A program made the position numbers and the translations under genes. A model generated the notes under the pieces. The model was not told where the DNA came from. It saw only the letters and a program-made list of their open reading frames with translations, and did not search any database. From Moniliella sp. 'wahieum' (lineage: Eukaryota): 64,000 nucleotides of DNA. Location of the stretch: assembly GCA_003971905.1 (NCBI GenBank), contig RSEE01000109.1:1-64000 (forward strand), given 5' to 3'. Within the stretch, counting starts at the first letter, position 1. Each line of letters starts with the position of its first letter. Positions 60,592-64,000 of this stretch are shown one piece after another.

Positions 60592-63070
60592 TTAGAAGAA
60601 GAAGCTCCAGAATTTCTTTACGAACGGTTGGTGCCGTGCTTCCTCGCGCTCTTGTCGGAGAACGTCAAGAGGGATGAGACGCCGGCCGGTGGTAATGTCA
60701 ATGTCTTCGATCCGGCGGAACTTGGAGTCGGCCCAGACCTTGGTCGGCCATGCCCACACGGGCACGGGGCCAACATACGTCACGTTCCAAGCTGTGCGGA
60801 ACACGCTGTCCCAGTCCAGCAAACCAACAAAGAGAAGAGCATGACGACCGGGATGGCGAGGCAGTCTTGGAAAAACACAATCGCACGGTCCGAAGGAGTG
60901 GCGGTCGAGTCCGACGCGATTGGCCAGGCGCCAATGATGATCTCAAAAATGACCTGGAGGAGGACGATCAACGACCCGAAGAGGAAAGATAGAGATGATG
61001 GAGTCAGTACGACTGTCGTCACTTTTCTTGGACTCGCATATTGTACTGGGCGATTGTTGGGCCGAAGCACAATCACTGAACAATTATCAACGTACCACCA
61101 AAGTACAGAAGGATGTGCCCCAAATGGATCCAAACATGCCGGTAGGTGCCTTCCATGGAAGTTCCTCTAACGTGTGTCCATGATACGCCCACGCTTGGCG
61201 GAAACGGAAATGGCAAAACGTGACGGATCCCCCTGTGGAACAAGACAGAGACGCAAAAAACGCCAGTTAGCTGCAACTCTGGCCTGTACTATGACCGTGC
61301 GCAAACACTCAAGAAGCAAGGAAGAGGAGGAAGGAACTAACAAGAAATGGTCGACAGTCCACTGAGAGCCAGCAGCCACGTAAACACATCACTTTGCGAT
61401 GCCGAGTAAATCAAGAACGAGAGGAAGCCCATGGCCAAACTGAGGATGACGGCTGGCAACGGACGACCTTTACGGTCAATGTACTTGAACAGCGGTGGCG
61501 CCTGGCCCATCTGAGCCAGCGCCGTCAAAGTACGCGACGCTCCGTACACAGCCGAATTGCCCACCGACAAGACCGAAACCAAAATCACCGCATTGAACAC
61601 CGACGGCAACGCATGAATCTTACCAATCTGGATCGCAATCACAAAGGGGCTAGCGCGCGCATCGTATGACGAAGTGCCCGTCAACCGTGGGTTGTCGGGA
61701 TCGACAATGAGCGTGACGACCAACAGCGAGGCCACGTAAAACAGCATGATACGGAAGAAGACTTGTTTGGCCGCTTTGGGCATGTCCTTCCGTGGGTTCT
61801 GCGACTCGGCAGCGGCAAGACCGATCAGTTCGGTCCCTGCATGTGGGGCAGACGGGTTTCTAGTTAGCATTGAATCCGTGCCAAGGATTCGAGGAGGGTG
61901 AGGTGGTGGTGGTGGGGGACTGGATCCACATACCGGCAAAGGCAAACGCGGCCGACGTAAATACCGAGCAGAACCCCTGGAAGCCATTTTTGAAGGCAGC
62001 CGAGGGTGGCGACCAGTATCGGTTGCCAATGTTTTCGTGCGACGGAGCTCCACCGGCCGAGATGACACTGCCACAAACTAATAACAAACAGACACAGAAA
62101 AAAAAGTTAGGCCATCCATCTCCAAACATCTTTAGCCCACCCTAACGAAAAGAGATTCGTACTAATGAAGCCCAACACGGCGCTGTGGTAAGAGAGAGGA
62201 AAGAGTCAGTGTCCGAAGGCGATGAGTCAAGCAAGACGTATTGCACCCAAAAGCCAAGGGATGCAAAGGAAAAAGGGAGGAAGGAGACATACATGATCTT
62301 GATGATGGACGCAAAGCTCTCAAACTCGCCATAGCCTCGAACACCAAAGAAATTGATGATTCCAATGACGACGATGAAAATCACGAGCCACACACCTGGG
62401 CTGATGTTCTCGTTGGGATCCCAAAAGCGAATGACGATCGTGGCGGCGGTCAGTTCAAGAGGAAGGACAATGAACCATTGCATCCAGTAGTTCCACCCCA
62501 TAGCAAACCCCACGCAGGGAGATGAACCTAGTGGAATAAGCAGCAAAAGAACCAGAGATGGGAAAGAGCGTTCCCATTTCGCCCAGGTCGAGCACCACAC
62601 AGAGCAACATGCTAGCGATCAACAGGTAGTCTAGCATCAGGAACCCAGGACCACCCGTTTGATACACTCCGCCGGACCCGATGAACAGACCGGTGCCAAT
62701 ACTTCATGCCCAATCCGACAGAGGAAAAGGTTTAGTACAAACCCTCTTAACGAGCGCGGTGGCAAAACAAGAGAATAACAGAAAAGGAGACTACGCACCT
62801 GCCGCCAAAGGCAATCATCTGCATGTGGCGCTGATTGAGGTGGCGCTGCAGCTTGGGCGCTTCGGGAGCTCCGTCAGCATCGCCACGAGGAGGGAGTCGA
62901 CAGAGGCAATGCCTTGGACGGCATCGCCCTCCAGATCGTACTTGTGCAACGACGTCTTTTCGGCGTCGCTGCTGGGGCTGTCGTTACCCCGCCTTGGCTG
63001 GTGCCAGGCATGCCGGGGCGGTTTCCATGGGCTTGAAGCCATCGATGAAGCTGTGGAAGAGATGGGACAT
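60592..63070 (-). CDS. Yeast amino acid permease (YAT/AAP family, Gap1-like), multi-intron
   Basis: RHMQMIAFGG/IGTGLFIGSG, LGEMGTLFPISGSF..Y, GFAMGWNYWMQW..PLELTAA, GVRGYGEFE, AAFAFAGTELIGLAAAESQNPRKDMPKA, SPFVIAI, YIDRKGRP, FTWLLALSGLS, DIDITTGRR. Confidence 0.93.
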
Positions 63071-63185
63071 GGTGGCGAGGAGGGGTGGGTGGGGTGGTGG
63101 TGGCAATTAAGCGCTCGTTATCCAAGCAGCCAGCAGTAGCGTTGACCAAGTCCTAAGTAGTAGTAGGGGGCCAATGCACACGATG

Positions 63186-63193
63186 TATATATA
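63186..63193 (-). promoter_or_regulatory. Probable TATA box of the permease gene
   Basis: TATATATA about 115 nt upstream of the ATG at 63070. Confidence 0.5.
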
Positions 63194-64000
63194 TGCAGCG
63201 TGATGCCCCCGCTGTGGGATGGGGGGGTGTGGCGTGACTAGTGGGTGGGAGACGGGTGCGGAGTAGGGGCTGTATCGAGCGAGTATAATAGTGCGGCTGA
63301 TGGCAGTGGCGAGTGAGTAGTGACTGACGAAGGGGTGCGTGCCCCAGGGACTGTGCGGGGGGCAACGCGAGGCGAGGTGCTCGGGCGCGGGGCGATTGAT
63401 GATACGGATGGGGTGGCTAGGTTGCTGGGTATCTGCCTACTCTGCGCGACTTATCAACGAATCAACGACCATCGATCAACAATCGCGTGCCGCCCAACCC
63501 ACCGCCTCACCGCCACGCGCGGCACTGGCCCAGTGGAAGCGCTGTGCATGTGATGCTGCATGCGCCCGGAGATAGTCGCCAGTCGCCAGTCGATAGCCCC
63601 GGCAGTGCCCCCGCGCCAAGCCTGGCCCTGCCCCCCCGCGCGCCACACACTCGCCCACTGCCGCCGTGCGAGCGCTGGACAGCGTTGCACACGATGCACC
63701 CTGTGCACCCTGGTCCAGGCACACGCACCGCAGGCACAGCGCCCGTGTGCCCGTGCTCGCCTGTGCCTTCTCCATGGCTCAGGCACCAGCACTGCGTCAG
63801 CCTTCCGCCCCTCCCCTCCTCCCACGCTCCCGGGTGGTGGAATCCCATTGCGTAGCCGCCAAGAAGAGAGGGCCAGGCGACAGGCTCTGGCCCCAGTTCC
63901 TAAAGCATCCCATCACAAGCTGATGCTGGCGGCGCTGAGGGCCAGCAAAAGCGGGCGGCATGTGCACCTCTCTGCCTCTCCCATCTCCCCCTTCCCTTCC

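Noticed and set aside
3760..63242. About 13 ACTAGT palindromes, all in non-coding DNA
   Set aside because: The count is not clearly above a rough composition-based expectation, and exclusion from coding sequence is partly explained by embedded TAG codons.

Overview
GC-rich, gene-dense eukaryotic DNA from a fungus, most likely a basidiomycete judging by GT..CTRAC..YAG introns and protein similarity as I recall it. It holds about 22 housekeeping-type genes: a DH/PH-like protein (5'-partial), Sfp/Lys5-type PPTase, TOM40, pyruvate kinase, an Nrg1-like C2H2 factor, a GT90 glycosyltransferase, DUF1769, AP-complex beta adaptin, Aco2-type aconitase, mitoribosomal mL40, a SWIB/Snf12 subunit, a LAT-type transporter, glucosidase I (CWH41), an Irc20/SHPRH helicase-E3, RPS1, CCT4, ADE13, NEDD8/RUB1, SER1, RPS8, a LIM protein and a Gap1-like permease. 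Nearly every gene, including essential ones, is broken by 1-2 nt indels, which points to an unpolished long-read assembly, so coordinates are reconstructed and approximate. No transposon, RNA gene or CRISPR array could be supported. The most notable observation is that the Aco2 aconitase runs with no intergenic DNA, through a presequence-like linker, into an mL40 (MRP-L28) domain. This is a probable tandem mitochondrial precursor that parallels S. pombe Aco2-bL21 but has a different ribosomal partner. Secondary observations are paired AACCCTA plus CACGTG motifs at both ribosomal protein promoters, structured 5'-UTR introns in both RP genes, a dense TGTCAC array upstream of the Nrg1-like gene, and an expanded zinc-finger linker at an intron junction.
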